Shown here piece after piece: positions 20,961-31,771 of a stretch of DNA of 64,000 nucleotides. Source of the DNA: an uncultured Bacilli bacterium (GTDB lineage: Bacteria > Bacillota_I > Bacilli_A > RF39 > UBA660); NCBI GenBank assembly GCA_934122215.1, contig CAKOWF010000001.1, positions 6,995 to 70,994 of the forward strand. Direction: 5' to 3'. The stretch's first letter is position 1. Every line of letters begins with the position of its first letter. The notes under the pieces are model-generated. The model had not been told where the DNA came from, did no database searches, and worked only from the letters and a program-made list of their open reading frames with translations. The position numbers and the translations under genes were made by a program.

Positions 20961-21509
20961 TTATTTACTATAATTTATATCTTCTGCTATTGTTGTTTTA
21001 CTTCTATATTCATTTGGAATTATTATTTTTGTTCCTTCTTTTATATTATCAGGATTTTTTATATGATTAATACTTATTATTTCTTTTACTAATTCATTTA
21101 AATCTAAATATTCTTTTATATCATCTGGATATTGTTCATAGTAATTACTTGCTATAGTTGATAAACTATCACCATATTTTACTTCATAATTTGTATATAT
21201 TTTATCATAACCTTGAAAAGTAGCTTTTTCCATAGCATTATTATATAGTTTAAGAGTACCTGTTGCTACTAATGCAGCAAATGCTGCAGATATTACTATT
21301 CTTTGTGGTGTCAATGTTTTTTTATTGTTTACTTTTGAACCTATTAATTTTTTTTGTTCTTGAACTGGTTTTTTATGAAATTCATAATTTTGTATATATG
21401 TTTCATATTGTTTTCTTTGCATTAATGGAAGATTTGAATTTTTTAACAATTCTTTATATTGTTTAACTACTTCGTCAGGATGGATATTTATAGTTTCTAA
21501 TTTTTCCAT
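20961..21509 (-). CDS. LysM domain membrane protein
   Basis: 182 aa; single TM (IVISAAFAALVATG), C-terminal LysM (YEVKYGDSLSTIAS...IKEGTKIIIP). Confidence 0.55.
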   Translation of the reverse strand: MEKLETINIHPDEVVKQYKELLKNSNLPLMQRKQYETYIQNYEFHKKPVQEQKKLIGSKVNNKKTLTPQRIVISAAFAALVATGTLKLYNNAMEKATFQGYDKIYTNYEVKYGDSLSTIASNYYEQYPDDIKEYLDLNELVKEIISINHIKNPDNIKEGTKIIIPNEYRSKTTIAEDINYSK

Positions 21510-21542
21510 ATTATCACCTATTTATAACCTAACATTTTTATT

Positions 21543-22811
21543 TTATTTAGTCAATATACCTATGGCATAAGGATATTCTACTTTACTAATTTTGACATTT
21601 TTACTATTATGATTCAATTCCTCATTGCTTTCTAATTTTACCATTATATAATTTCCTGTATGTCCTATTAAATAGTTTTCTTTTTTTATTTCTGGAATAA
21701 ATTCTAAGTTTTTTCCTATAAATTTTTCCATATATTCCTTTTCTAATTCATTAGATAATTCAATTATCTTTTTTACTCTTTCTTTTTTTATTTCTTCTTT
21801 TATTTGATTTTCCATCATGTCTGCTTTAGTACCTTTTCTTCTTGAATATGGAAATACATGAACTTTTGAAAATTTTATTTCTTTTATATTTTTGATTGTT
21901 TCATTAAAATCTTCTTCTGTTTCATCAGGAAATCCTACTATTAAATCAGTTGTAATTGATATATCTGGTCTTATATTTCTAATAGTATTTATTTTATCTT
22001 TAAAATATTTAATATCATATTTTCTATTCATTAATTTTAATATTTTATCACAACCACTTTGTAATGGAATATGCATATGATCTACTAGTATTTTATTATT
22101 TTTAAGTACTTCCAAGAATTTTTCATCTAATTCTGTTATTTCTATTGAAGATATTCTAAGTCTTTCTAATCCATTTATTTTTAATATATCAAGTAGTAAA
22201 TCAGCAAATTTATAGTTTTCATTTTCTTCTCCATAATGTCCAGTATGAATACCTGTTAATACTATTTCTTTATGTCCTTTTTTTATTAATTCTATTATTT
22301 CTGTTAATACATCTTCTCTTTTTTTACTTCTTACATTTCCTCTTGTATATGGAATTATGCAATAACTACAAAAGTTATTACATCCATCTTGTATTTTAAC
22401 AAAAGCTCTTGTCTTATTAAAATTGCCTAATTTCATTTCTTCAAAACAAGTATCCATTACATCTTTTATATCTATTATTTTTTCTTTATTTTGAACATAT
22501 TTTCTTATATAATCAGCTATTAAGCTTTTTCCTACATTACCAATTAATATATCGGCATTATCATCTTCTTTTTTATTTTGTATCATACATCCTACAGCTA
22601 CAACTATACTTCCTTCATTTTTTGCTCTATGAATTATTTTTTTGCTTTTATTGTCTGCTGTATTTGTTACTGTACATGTATTTACTATAATAACATCTGC
22701 ATGTTCATTTTGATTTACTAATTTAAATCCTTCTTTTTGTAATTGTTCTTCTATAACATTACTTTCATATGTATTTACCTTACAACCTAATGTATATATT
22801 TTAAATGTCAT
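21543..22811 (-). CDS. mtaB: radical-SAM methylthiotransferase, MiaB/RimO family (MtaB-like)
   Basis: 422 aa; N-terminal MTTase Cys triad (CKVN..C..C), radical-SAM CSYCIIPYTRG, TRAM C-terminus. Position after rsmE as B. subtilis yqeU-yqeV. Confidence 0.7.
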   Translation of the reverse strand: MTFKIYTLGCKVNTYESNVIEEQLQKEGFKLVNQNEHADVIIVNTCTVTNTADNKSKKIIHRAKNEGSIVVAVGCMIQNKKEDDNADILIGNVGKSLIADYIRKYVQNKEKIIDIKDVMDTCFEEMKLGNFNKTRAFVKIQDGCNNFCSYCIIPYTRGNVRSKKREDVLTEIIELIKKGHKEIVLTGIHTGHYGEENENYKFADLLLDILKINGLERLRISSIEITELDEKFLEVLKNNKILVDHMHIPLQSGCDKILKLMNRKYDIKYFKDKINTIRNIRPDISITTDLIVGFPDETEEDFNETIKNIKEIKFSKVHVFPYSRRKGTKADMMENQIKEEIKKERVKKIIELSNELEKEYMEKFIGKNLEFIPEIKKENYLIGHTGNYIMVKLESNEELNHNSKNVKISKVEYPYAIGILTK

Positions 22812-22844
22812 AATAACCTCCTCTAAGAAAAAAAGCCTTATGGC

Positions 22845-23597
22845 TTATAAATTTTCTCTAAATTCCTTTAATGCTTGTAAGAAATCCTCATTCTTTTTTA
22901 TTTCAGAACTTATTGGTTCCATATCTAAAGTTTGTTCTAAACTATCTATTTTTTTATTATCATTGAATTCTTCTAAATAATCTTCTAATTTATAATTATT
23001 AATTTGTTTATCAAAATTTTCTAAATATTCATTAATATCTTCTTCTTTTTTGAATGAACTAACTTTTGGATAATCTAAATGTTCTTCCATTTTACCATAT
23101 ACAGGTGAAATAAAATCAGTATTTTTAAATTTCTTATCATATGCTGTTTCTGTTAATTCATTAGCATTAGCTGCTTCTTTTATTTCATCAACTAAAATAT
23201 CAATAGTTTTTTCTTCTTCAGGTTGATTCTTTTTTAAAGTTTTAACAAGTTCAGAATAACTAATTATCGCTTTTTCTTCCTGTTCTTTCTCAAAATTAGC
23301 AACTACATCTACTGGTTTAGCTTCCAAATCTTTTTGCATTTTTTCGAGTACATCTTCTAACTCTTTTGTTTTATCATCTACTACTTCTACTTCTTCTTTT
23401 GGTTCTTTTCTCTCTTGAACCATATTACTTATAATTGAATCTATTTCTTTATCTTCTTTTCGTTTAGATTTAATAATAGTAAAAATAACAGTTAAAAGTA
23501 TAACTAATAAAATTATGCATGAAACTATTAAAACTACTTCACCATTTATATTTATATTTAACAATATATTTAACATATTATCACTCCATATATTCAT
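22845..23597 (-). CDS. hypothetical N-terminally anchored acidic coiled-coil protein
   Basis: 250 aa; one TM near the N-terminus then E/K-rich sequence. Confidence 0.4.
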   Translation of the reverse strand: MNIWSDNMLNILLNININGEVVLIVSCIILLVILLTVIFTIIKSKRKEDKEIDSIISNMVQERKEPKEEVEVVDDKTKELEDVLEKMQKDLEAKPVDVVANFEKEQEEKAIISYSELVKTLKKNQPEEEKTIDILVDEIKEAANANELTETAYDKKFKNTDFISPVYGKMEEHLDYPKVSSFKKEEDINEYLENFDKQINNYKLEDYLEEFNDNKKIDSLEQTLDMEPISSEIKKNEDFLQALKEFRENL

Positions 23598-24300
23598 AAT
23601 TAATAATGCTCATTAGATATAATGGAACTGTTTCTACTCTCATTATTCTATTACCTAAAGATACTGGTATAAAACCATTATTTATTAATATTTCTTCTTC
23701 TTTAGGAGAAATACCACCTTCAGGACCTATCAACATATTAATTTTATCACAATTATAATTATTTTTAAATACCTTTTTTATAGTATTTTGTTTTTCTACA
23801 GTACTACATACCAAGTTTAAACCATTTAATTTTAAAGTATTAATTTTTTCAATTTTGTCTATTTTTGGAATAGTATTTCTATGAGATTGTTCACTTGCTT
23901 CCTTGACAATTCTATTCCATCTTTCTAGTTTTTTTAATTCTTTTTCATTTACTTTTACAATAGATCTTTCCATTATTACAGGTATTATTTCATTTACTCC
24001 AAGTTCAGTTGCTTTTTGTAAAATATAATCCATTTTTTGTTCTTTTAAAATAGGTATTAAAATTGTTACATAAGGCATTTTATCTTTAATTACATCTAAT
24101 TCTTTAACTATTTTAATTTTTATATCATTTTCTATATTAGTAATTTCACAAAGATATGGTATTTCCTCATATACTACTTCTATATTATCATTATTTGTCA
24201 TTCTCATAACTGTTTTAATATGATAATAATCGTCATTATTTAAAATAAAAGTATTATCTATTTTTTGTTTTGAAAAATATCTTTGCAATTTAATCACCAA
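23581..24300 (-). CDS. rsmE: 16S rRNA (uracil1498-N3)-methyltransferase
   Basis: 239 aa; C-terminal GPEGGISPKEEE...VSLGNRIMRVETVP SPOUT motif. Confidence 0.8.
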   Translation of the reverse strand: MVIKLQRYFSKQKIDNTFILNNDDYYHIKTVMRMTNNDNIEVVYEEIPYLCEITNIENDIKIKIVKELDVIKDKMPYVTILIPILKEQKMDYILQKATELGVNEIIPVIMERSIVKVNEKELKKLERWNRIVKEASEQSHRNTIPKIDKIEKINTLKLNGLNLVCSTVEKQNTIKKVFKNNYNCDKINMLIGPEGGISPKEEEILINNGFIPVSLGNRIMRVETVPLYLMSIINYEYME

Positions 24301-24366
24301 TTTAATTATATAATAATATTTGTTATTTTTAAAATAAAATCAATTAAAATTTAAAAAACTTGTCAA

Positions 24367-24936
24367 TTATTTACAAGTTTTTTTAAAGCAATATAGCATT
24401 GAGAACAATATTGATCCTAAAAATGCACATATCATATCTGTCATAGTATCAGTAACACCTGTAGTCAATACTCTTTGTGCATCTCCTCCTAATAATCCAT
24501 CAGCAGTAAATTCAAAAAATTCCCATAAAGCTGCTACTGCAAGTGTTGAAAAGATGATAAATATTGTATCAGTTAATTTTGTTCTATTTTCTAGTTTAGT
24601 ATTGTTTAATAAAGTTAAAGCAAATGTACTAGTTAATACTCCTGAACAATAATGAATAATATTATCATAATTACCTATTAAATCATAAACTTTAAATGTT
24701 GATCCAATTAATTGTGCAAATATAATAAATAAAATATAAATCAATTCTGTAGTATCATCTATTTTTAATTTTAACAAATTGCGTGATATTCTAACTAAGA
24801 ATAAAATTGGTATTATTGATAATAATACTAATATTTCTGATAAATTTAAATTATTAATATTTAATATTAAATAAAGAAAAGAAAAAACACTTGTTAAAAT
24901 AATTATTGATAAATTTACTTTTTTCATATTAATCAC
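24367..24936 (-). CDS. hypothetical polytopic membrane protein
   Basis: 189 aa, ~5 TM, WEFFEFTADGLLGGD loop. Hairpin AAAAACTTGT-n9-ACAAGTTTTT overlaps its stop. Confidence 0.4.
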   Translation of the reverse strand: MINMKKVNLSIIILTSVFSFLYLILNINNLNLSEILVLLSIIPILFLVRISRNLLKLKIDDTTELIYILFIIFAQLIGSTFKVYDLIGNYDNIIHYCSGVLTSTFALTLLNNTKLENRTKLTDTIFIIFSTLAVAALWEFFEFTADGLLGGDAQRVLTTGVTDTMTDMICAFLGSILFSMLYCFKKTCK

Positions 24937-25807
24937 CTTCTATATATTTTTCCACATCATCTATTGTTTTATTAAAATTATCAAAATTTACATCAAACCA
25001 TTTAACATTCAATTTATTATTAAACCATGTATATTGTCTTTTAGCATAATTTCGACTTCTTTTTTTTATTAATTCTATTGCTTCTTCCCTTGATATAATA
25101 GAATCAAAGTAAGCAAATAATTCTTTATAACCAATAGGTGTCATTACTGCCTTACTTCTTATACCAGTATTATATATCTTTTTTGCTTCTTTTTCTAGTC
25201 CATTTTCTATCATTATATCAACTCTTTTGTTGATCCTATCATATAATTTTTCTCTATCGGTAGTTAGTCCTATTATAAAAGCATCATATAATAAATTATT
25301 AGTAGTTTCTTTTTCACTCATTGGTTTATTATTATTTTGATAATAATTAAGTGCTCTTATAATTCTTTTTCTATTATTTTTGTGTATATTCGTATTTGGA
25401 TCAATACTTATTAATTGTTGATATAATTCATCATTATTAAATTCTTCATATGAACTATCATTTTTTTCTTGTTCAAATTTATAATCATATAGTACTGCAT
25501 TTATATACAAACCCGTTCCACCTACTATTATAGGTGTTTTGTTTTTTAACAAAATTTCTTCTATTTTTTTTCTGCAATCTTTCTGATAATCATACACAGT
25601 ATAATCTTCATCTATATTTTTGATATCTATTAAATGATGAATTACACCTTCTTTTTCTTCTTCTGTCACTTTAGCTGTAGCTATATTTAAATCTTTATAT
25701 ACTTGTGTACTATCAGCGTTTATTACTTCGCCATTATATATTTTTGCTAATTCTATACTTAATTTAGTTTTTCCTACACCTGTAGGTCCTACAATTACTA
25801 TTATCAT
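24929..25807 (-). CDS. miaA: tRNA dimethylallyltransferase
   Basis: 292 aa; IVGPTGVGKT P-loop, ADSTQVYKDLNIATAK motif. Confidence 0.9.
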   Translation of the reverse strand: MIIVIVGPTGVGKTKLSIELAKIYNGEVINADSTQVYKDLNIATAKVTEEEKEGVIHHLIDIKNIDEDYTVYDYQKDCRKKIEEILLKNKTPIIVGGTGLYINAVLYDYKFEQEKNDSSYEEFNNDELYQQLISIDPNTNIHKNNRKRIIRALNYYQNNNKPMSEKETTNNLLYDAFIIGLTTDREKLYDRINKRVDIMIENGLEKEAKKIYNTGIRSKAVMTPIGYKELFAYFDSIISREEAIELIKKRSRNYAKRQYTWFNNKLNVKWFDVNFDNFNKTIDDVEKYIEGD

Positions 25808-26826
25808 TTTACCTTACCTTCATAATTATATATTGAATTTTTAATAATATTTAATGTTTCATTAATCATCTCTTCATCTACATTAATTCCAACTTTATCT
25901 AAAATGTCTTCTATTGATAATTGTGAATATTTACCATTAATATTATCATTTAAATCAATCATATCTTCTATTTTAGAATATTCTAAAGCATAATATGCTA
26001 AAAAAGTACCAATAATATATTTATAATCTCTAGTTGCTAGATTTACCATTTTTCTAATACTATCCTTTTGGTTATTTAGTTTATTAATTTCATCAAATTT
26101 ATTTAAGACTACAGCACATCTATTTTCAAATTTATCATCTTCTATTCTTATTATATTTTTTAAATCATTAATAGTATTTTCACTTATATTTCCTAGATTT
26201 TCATAAGCAAGTAATATTGTACTATACATATAAAATGAATAATTACAGTTTAATAAATTAATAATTCTTATATTTATATCTAATTCTTCTACTGGAACAT
26301 TTTCTTCTTGTAAATATTTTGTAGCTATTTTTTCAAAATAAATTGCTATAAATTCTGTTAAAAATTCATATTGAAATGATTTATTACAACCTATTTTATT
26401 TTGTGTATAATGAGAAAATTCATGAATTAATAATACAACGTCATCATAATTAAATTTCCTATAAATATCAATAGTTTTATTATTTATAACACCATTATAG
26501 TAAACACTGCAACAACTATTTCCACTTTTTTCATAATCAAAATTTAATTTACCACTATTAATTAATTCATCATATTCATTTAAATAATTGGGATTAATTT
26601 TTTCTATTATTTTTCTTGCTAATAAATAAACATCATTAAATGATAGATTATTTTCATATGATTTAGATGATACTTTTTTTATGTTTTTTAAAGTAAAATC
26701 ATATATCATATAACTTAATCTCCATATAGGAATTAAATTATTTACAAACAATTTATCTTTTTTATTAAGTTCTAAGAAAATATCATTTAGATAATTATTT
26801 AATCTTTTATACATTTCATCAGTCAT
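25804..26826 (-). CDS. hypothetical protein with HExxH zinc-metallopeptidase motif
   Basis: 340 aa; VVLLIHEFSHY followed by E ~20 residues on (HExxH...E). Too short for M3B PepF. 4-nt overlap with miaA. Confidence 0.35.
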   Translation of the reverse strand: MTDEMYKRLNNYLNDIFLELNKKDKLFVNNLIPIWRLSYMIYDFTLKNIKKVSSKSYENNLSFNDVYLLARKIIEKINPNYLNEYDELINSGKLNFDYEKSGNSCCSVYYNGVINNKTIDIYRKFNYDDVVLLIHEFSHYTQNKIGCNKSFQYEFLTEFIAIYFEKIATKYLQEENVPVEELDINIRIINLLNCNYSFYMYSTILLAYENLGNISENTINDLKNIIRIEDDKFENRCAVVLNKFDEINKLNNQKDSIRKMVNLATRDYKYIIGTFLAYYALEYSKIEDMIDLNDNINGKYSQLSIEDILDKVGINVDEEMINETLNIIKNSIYNYEGKVK

Positions 26827-26871
26827 ACAAATTCACCTAATTAATTATATCAAAAAAAGACTAAAAAGTCT

Positions 26872-27897
26872 TTATTTAATAAACATAGAATCTCCAAATG
26901 AGAAAAATCTATATTTTTTATTAACTGCTTCTTTATATGCCTTCATTACATTTTCTTTTCCAGCAAAGGCACTTATCAACATAATTAAAGTTGATTTAGG
27001 TAAATGAAAGTTAGTTATTTGAGCATTTATTGCCTTAAATTCAAATCCAGGATATATAAATATATCTGTATTGCCACTACATTCTTTAAATTCACCATAT
27101 TTGTGTATTATTGTTTCTAATGTTCTAGTTGATGTAGTTCCAACACTTATAATTCTTCTATTTTCTTTTTTAGCTTTATTTAATATATCAGCTGTTTCTT
27201 TAGTCATTTGATAAAATTCTGTATGCATTTTATGTTTTGTTACATCTTCTACATTTACAGGTCTAAATGTACCTAATCCTACATGTAGAGTAATTGGAGC
27301 AATTATGATACCTTTTTCTTTAATTTTATCTAATAATTCTTCTGTAAAATGTAATCCAGCCGTTGGTGCAGCAGCACTACCTAAGTTTTTAGCATATACT
27401 GTTTGATATCTATCTTTATTTTCTAGTTTTTCATGAATATAAGGAGGTAATGGCATCTCACCTAATTTATCTAAAATTTCATATAAAATTCCATCATAAA
27501 TTAGTTTTACATGAGTTATTCCCTCATCCATTATTTTTGTTACTTTTGCTTTTAAAAGACCATTTCCAAATGATACAATAGTACCTTCTTTTAATCTTTT
27601 TTGAGGTCTTGATAAAGTTTCATAGATATTATCTCCTAAATCTTTTAATAATAATAATTCTATTACAGCATTTGTTTCTTCCTTGTTTCCAATTAATCTA
27701 GCTGGTATTACCTTAGTATCGTTTATAACCAAAACATCACCTTTATTTAGATAATTAATTATTTCATGAAATTCAGTATGTTCTATTTCACCTGTTTTTC
27801 TATCCAATACTAATAATCTTGAAGCTGTTCTATCTTTTAATGGAGTTTGAGCAATTAATTCTTCTGGTAATTCATAATCAAAATCTTCTGTTTTCAT
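26872..27897 (-). CDS. queA: S-adenosylmethionine:tRNA ribosyltransferase-isomerase
   Basis: 341 aa; [19 protein letters not shown] start and full-length QueA. Confidence 0.9.
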   Translation of the reverse strand: MKTEDFDYELPEELIAQTPLKDRTASRLLVLDRKTGEIEHTEFHEIINYLNKGDVLVINDTKVIPARLIGNKEETNAVIELLLLKDLGDNIYETLSRPQKRLKEGTIVSFGNGLLKAKVTKIMDEGITHVKLIYDGILYEILDKLGEMPLPPYIHEKLENKDRYQTVYAKNLGSAAAPTAGLHFTEELLDKIKEKGIIIAPITLHVGLGTFRPVNVEDVTKHKMHTEFYQMTKETADILNKAKKENRRIISVGTTSTRTLETIIHKYGEFKECSGNTDIFIYPGFEFKAINAQITNFHLPKSTLIMLISAFAGKENVMKAYKEAVNKKYRFFSFGDSMFIK

Positions 27898-28130
27898 TTT
27901 ATCTTCCTTTCACTTATTTCATAATAAATATTAATTTCTGACATATCAAATTTATTAATTATTTTATAGATTAATAATTGTTTTAAAACTTCTATATTTA
28001 TTTTATCAATTTTATCTTTATAATATAAAATAATATCTATACAATCAGAAATATTTTCTAAATTTTCTATTAAATTTTTTGATATAGATTGACTAAATCT
28101 CATAAGAATAACGAATTTATTATAACACAC
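27894..28130 (-). CDS. small hypothetical ORF (doubtful)
   Basis: 78 aa, no RBS at listed start, very AT-rich. May be non-coding leader of queA. Confidence 0.15.
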   Translation of the reverse strand: MCYNKFVILMRFSQSISKNLIENLENISDCIDIILYYKDKIDKINIEVLKQLLIYKIINKFDMSEINIYYEISERKIK

Positions 28131-28387
28131 ATTATCTAATTTTTTTATTTTTTTAATATTATTTATTATATATTCATTAGGAACATTGTTTGTTAAATTT
28201 TTTAAATTATATACTTCATAAAAATAATTTACTAAATAAATATAATATTTATCATTTTTAATTCTTCTTCATTTTCTATTTTTTTAAATATTTCTAATAT
28301 TTTTAAATGTACATTAATGAATTCAACTACTTTTTCTATAAACATACATCTTTACAATTATATCATAAAAGAAAAAGAATAGAAATT

Positions 28388-31300
28388 CTATTCTTCTACT
28401 AAAGTACCATCAACACCACCCGTACCTATTTTAGTTACTGTTGATGTATATGTACCATTTACAGATCCTGAATATTTATAACCAACAGATATTCCTACTG
28501 TTTGATTACCTCTAATTGTACAATTAGTAACTTTACCTGCTGTGTATGATCCATATCTTGTATCTCCTACAAGTCCACCTACTGATTTATTACCAATAAT
28601 ATTTGATGATGATATTAAATCTGTAGCACTACATCCGTTATAAACTTTTCCCATGATACCACCACAATTTGTGCCAGTGCATGTTATAGTATTATTTGAT
28701 ACTGCAGTTGTTATTGTTTTATTATTTAATCCTGCTATACCCCCTACATTATCTACACCTTTAACTACATTATTATTTGTTACAACATTTGTAATTGTTC
28801 CTGTATTATTTCCAGCAATTAAACCAATTCCTCCACCACTACCTAATCCAGTTAAACTTGAATTAGTTATTTCGATATTTTCTATAGTTCCTGAATTTGT
28901 ATTTGTTATAATTCCTGAGTAAATATTTTTTGATGAGCCTGTTACTATAGCTTTATTTATTTTTAAATTTTTAATTGTTCCTGTATTATTTCTAAATAGT
29001 CCTGCATAAGCTGTATTTAATTTTATATTTGATAAAGTATGATTATTACCATCAAATACTCCATTGAAGTCACTAAATACATAATATATTTGATTAGAAA
29101 AATCTATATCACTATTTAATTTAAAGTATTTTGTTTGATTACTATATAATGTAGCTGACTTCATATCATTAACATTATTTATAATATATGGATCTTCTTC
29201 TGTTCCACTCCCTGTTAATGTGCTTACTATTGTTGATGATGGTTTAATAGATACTACTTTTGTTAATGAATCATAATCAAAATAGTAATTATTTGTTGTT
29301 CCATTAATCCATGTATCAACAACGATATCATATGTATTAATTTCGTTTAAGAAATCTGTTTGTATTGTTGTACTATCTTCTGCTGTATCTTCTACACCAT
29401 TTATAACTCTTTTAACATTTTCAAATGCTAAACCACTTACTCCACCAGAATATTGATACCCAACAAGTTTTCCAACACTACTTGTTCCACTTAATGTACC
29501 ACCAATAACTAATCCTGTTGTTGAAGTACCATATCTTGTATCTCCTACAAGTCCACCTACTGATTTATTACCAATAATATTTGATGATGAAATTAAACTT
29601 GATGCACTACATCCGTTATAAACCCGTCCCATAATTCCACCACAATTAGTTCCCGTACATGTTATTGTATTATTTGATACTGCAGTTGTTATTGTTTTAT
29701 TATTTATTCCTGCTATACCACCAACATTATCTACACCTTCAACTACATTATTATTTGTTACAACATTTGTAATTGTTCCTGTATTATTTCCAGCAATTAA
29801 ACCAATTCCTCCACCATTACCTAATCCAGTTAAACTTGAATTAGTTATTTTAATATTTTCTATAGTTCCTGTATTAGTATTTGTTATAATTCCAACTGTA
29901 TTTTTTCCATATACATTTGCTTTATCAATAATTAAGTTTTTAATTGTACCACTATTACCTGTAAATACACCATAAACTGTATTAATATTTGATAAAGTAT
30001 GATTGTTACCATCAAACACTCCATTAAATGAAGCAAATGAATAAAAGTGTTGATTAGAAAAATCTATATCACTATTTAATTTAAAGTATTTTGTTTGATT
30101 ACTATATAATGTAGCTGATTTCATATCATCAACATTATTTATAATATATGGATCTTCTTCTGTTCCACTTCCTGTTAATGTACTAATCATTGTTGATACA
30201 TCTTTAATAACAATATTATCTGTACCATCTTCATAATCAAAATAATAGCCATCACCATCATCGTCACCATTAATCCATGTATCAACAATTAAATTATATA
30301 TATTTATATTATTCATTTTTTCATGGTCAATTACTTTTGCATACAAAGCATCAGTTTCAGATATCACTTTTTCTGTTTCATTAAGATATATTTTATATGT
30401 GTCTGACATATAAGCATCATATCCACCATTTTTATATCCTTCTATAAAGTCTACATCATTAGTACCAGTAACTGTTCCGCCTGTTATTAAGCCTGTTATA
30501 CTGTATCTATATCCACCACTACCAACTAAACCAGCTACTTCTTTAACACCAGTTACAATTGATGAAGAAATAACTGATGAAGTAGATGCTGAACCGCCAA
30601 CTACACCACCAACAGTTGACCCAGTTGATGTAACTTTATTAGATACTATAGCTGTTGTTAATTTATTAGCATAACCTGCTATTCCACCAACTCTATTTAC
30701 TCCAGTAATTTCATTATCAACTGTTATAACATTTTTAACAGTTTGACCTTGCCCTATTGACCCAACAGCATTATTACCTATAACTTTATTGTTTTTGAAA
30801 TAAACTTTTTCTACATTATTACCATATCCTACAATGCCGGTATAATCTCCACCTGTTATATTACAATTTAAAACTGATAAATTATATATAGTACCACCAC
30901 TATAACCTATAACACCAGTATAGTTTCCTCCAGTTATATTAGAATCCTTTATTGTTAAATTTTTAATTGTACCATCATTATTACCAATAAAACCTGCTTT
31001 AACTTGTGATGTTGTTAAATTAATACCAGCTATATAATTATTATTTCCTTCAAATGTACCTTTAAATGTTGATGATAAAGGATATGAATTCTCTAATTCA
31101 GTAATTAATGGTTCTACTTTTCCATCTCCATTAATATCTCCAAAAGTTGTATTTAAAGAATCAACATATGATACTTCTTTTGATAAATTTATAGAATTAT
31201 CTAAATATACTGTTTTCTTATCAAAATTTTTTCCTGATTTAACTAAAGTAGAAAAAGCTATCAAATCTTCAGCACTTTTGATATGACATTCGTTTGCATT

Positions 31301-31771
31301 TGTATAATCTTCTTCATTAGTACCACAAATTATTCCTGGATTTTCATCTTCTACTTTTGGGGTAGTTTCTTTATTATATGCGAAATCTATATTACAATTA
31401 TCTATTTCATCGCTCATTTCAATTTCAGTTATAGATTGATCTTTTCTTTTAGTAAAACATTTATCACCTATTAATAATGCGAAATCTATTTCACCATTGT
31501 AATATACATATATTTCTCCTTTTGCTTCTATTCCTTTTACTTTTAATTCATTAATAATATTTTTTCCTATTTTATCTTGCTTTCCTAAATCTGTTTCAGA
31601 TAAAACATAAAAATTTTCTGCTGATTTTAAATATCCTTCAGCACTCCTTCTATAGCTTTTTATTCTTGAGTCTTCAATAACGTTCATTATCATTGGTGTT
31701 GCAATCAAAGCTATTATAGATAGAATTACTATAACTGCTAGTAACTCTATTAATGTAAACCCTTTCTTCAT
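28388..31771 (-). CDS. giant type IV pilin-like protein: prepilin N-terminus fused to three parallel beta-helix (GLUG-like) modules
   Basis: True start ATG at 31771 (AGGAGATGCGGT-ATG) gives MKKGFTLIELLAVIVILSIIALIATPMI (class III signal, G-1/F+1/E+5). Followed by ~1100 aa with three modules each opening with (SGTEEDPYIINNV..)-like segment and repeated VGG(I/L)AG / N.TG.I.N turns. ORF-track start 31822 adds 17 aa and is unlikely. Confidence 0.8.
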   Translation of the reverse strand: MKKGFTLIELLAVIVILSIIALIATPMIMNVIEDSRIKSYRRSAEGYLKSAENFYVLSETDLGKQDKIGKNIINELKVKGIEAKGEIYVYYNGEIDFALLIGDKCFTKRKDQSITEIEMSDEIDNCNIDFAYNKETTPKVEDENPGIICGTNEEDYTNANECHIKSAEDLIAFSTLVKSGKNFDKKTVYLDNSINLSKEVSYVDSLNTTFGDINGDGKVEPLITELENSYPLSSTFKGTFEGNNNYIAGINLTTSQVKAGFIGNNDGTIKNLTIKDSNITGGNYTGVIGYSGGTIYNLSVLNCNITGGDYTGIVGYGNNVEKVYFKNNKVIGNNAVGSIGQGQTVKNVITVDNEITGVNRVGGIAGYANKLTTAIVSNKVTSTGSTVGGVVGGSASTSSVISSSIVTGVKEVAGLVGSGGYRYSITGLITGGTVTGTNDVDFIEGYKNGGYDAYMSDTYKIYLNETEKVISETDALYAKVIDHEKMNNINIYNLIVDTWINGDDDGDGYYFDYEDGTDNIVIKDVSTMISTLTGSGTEEDPYIINNVDDMKSATLYSNQTKYFKLNSDIDFSNQHFYSFASFNGVFDGNNHTLSNINTVYGVFTGNSGTIKNLIIDKANVYGKNTVGIITNTNTGTIENIKITNSSLTGLGNGGGIGLIAGNNTGTITNVVTNNNVVEGVDNVGGIAGINNKTITTAVSNNTITCTGTNCGGIMGRVYNGCSASSLISSSNIIGNKSVGGLVGDTRYGTSTTGLVIGGTLSGTSSVGKLVGYQYSGGVSGLAFENVKRVINGVEDTAEDSTTIQTDFLNEINTYDIVVDTWINGTTNNYYFDYDSLTKVVSIKPSSTIVSTLTGSGTEEDPYIINNVNDMKSATLYSNQTKYFKLNSDIDFSNQIYYVFSDFNGVFDGNNHTLSNIKLNTAYAGLFRNNTGTIKNLKINKAIVTGSSKNIYSGIITNTNSGTIENIEITNSSLTGLGSGGGIGLIAGNNTGTITNVVTNNNVVKGVDNVGGIAGLNNKTITTAVSNNTITCTGTNCGGIMGKVYNGCSATDLISSSNIIGNKSVGGLVGDTRYGSYTAGKVTNCTIRGNQTVGISVGYKYSGSVNGTYTSTVTKIGTGGVDGTLVEE
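28440..30300. repeat. ~960-bp direct duplication inside the giant pilin gene (modules 2 and 3)
   Basis: Long near-identical stretches at 28840-28920 vs 29810-29890 and 29085-29160 vs 30050-30125. Protein segments STMISTLTGSGTEEDPYIINNVDDMKSATLYSNQTKYFKLNSDIDFSNQ and STIVSTLTGSGTEEDPYIINNVNDMKSATLYSNQTKYFKLNSDIDFSNQ. Confidence 0.8.

Noticed and set aside
20889-21092. 67-aa plus-strand ORF in the AI-2E/LysM intergenic region
   Set aside because: Overlaps the LysM gene 3' end, has no RBS, and its FY-rich translation is typical of T-rich spacer.
24348-24388. Hairpin AAAAACTTGT-CAATTATTT-ACAAGTTTTT overlapping stop of 24367..24936, considered as regulatory palindrome
   Set aside because: Stem plus flanking T/A runs behave like an ordinary bidirectional intrinsic terminator. 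No second copy in the window to suggest an operator.
28131-28387. 257-nt AT-rich gap after the giant pilin, considered as a possible ncRNA or pseudogene remnant
   Set aside because: No conserved RNA motif, repeat or ORF remnant could be read. Most simply a terminator/promoter spacer for queA.
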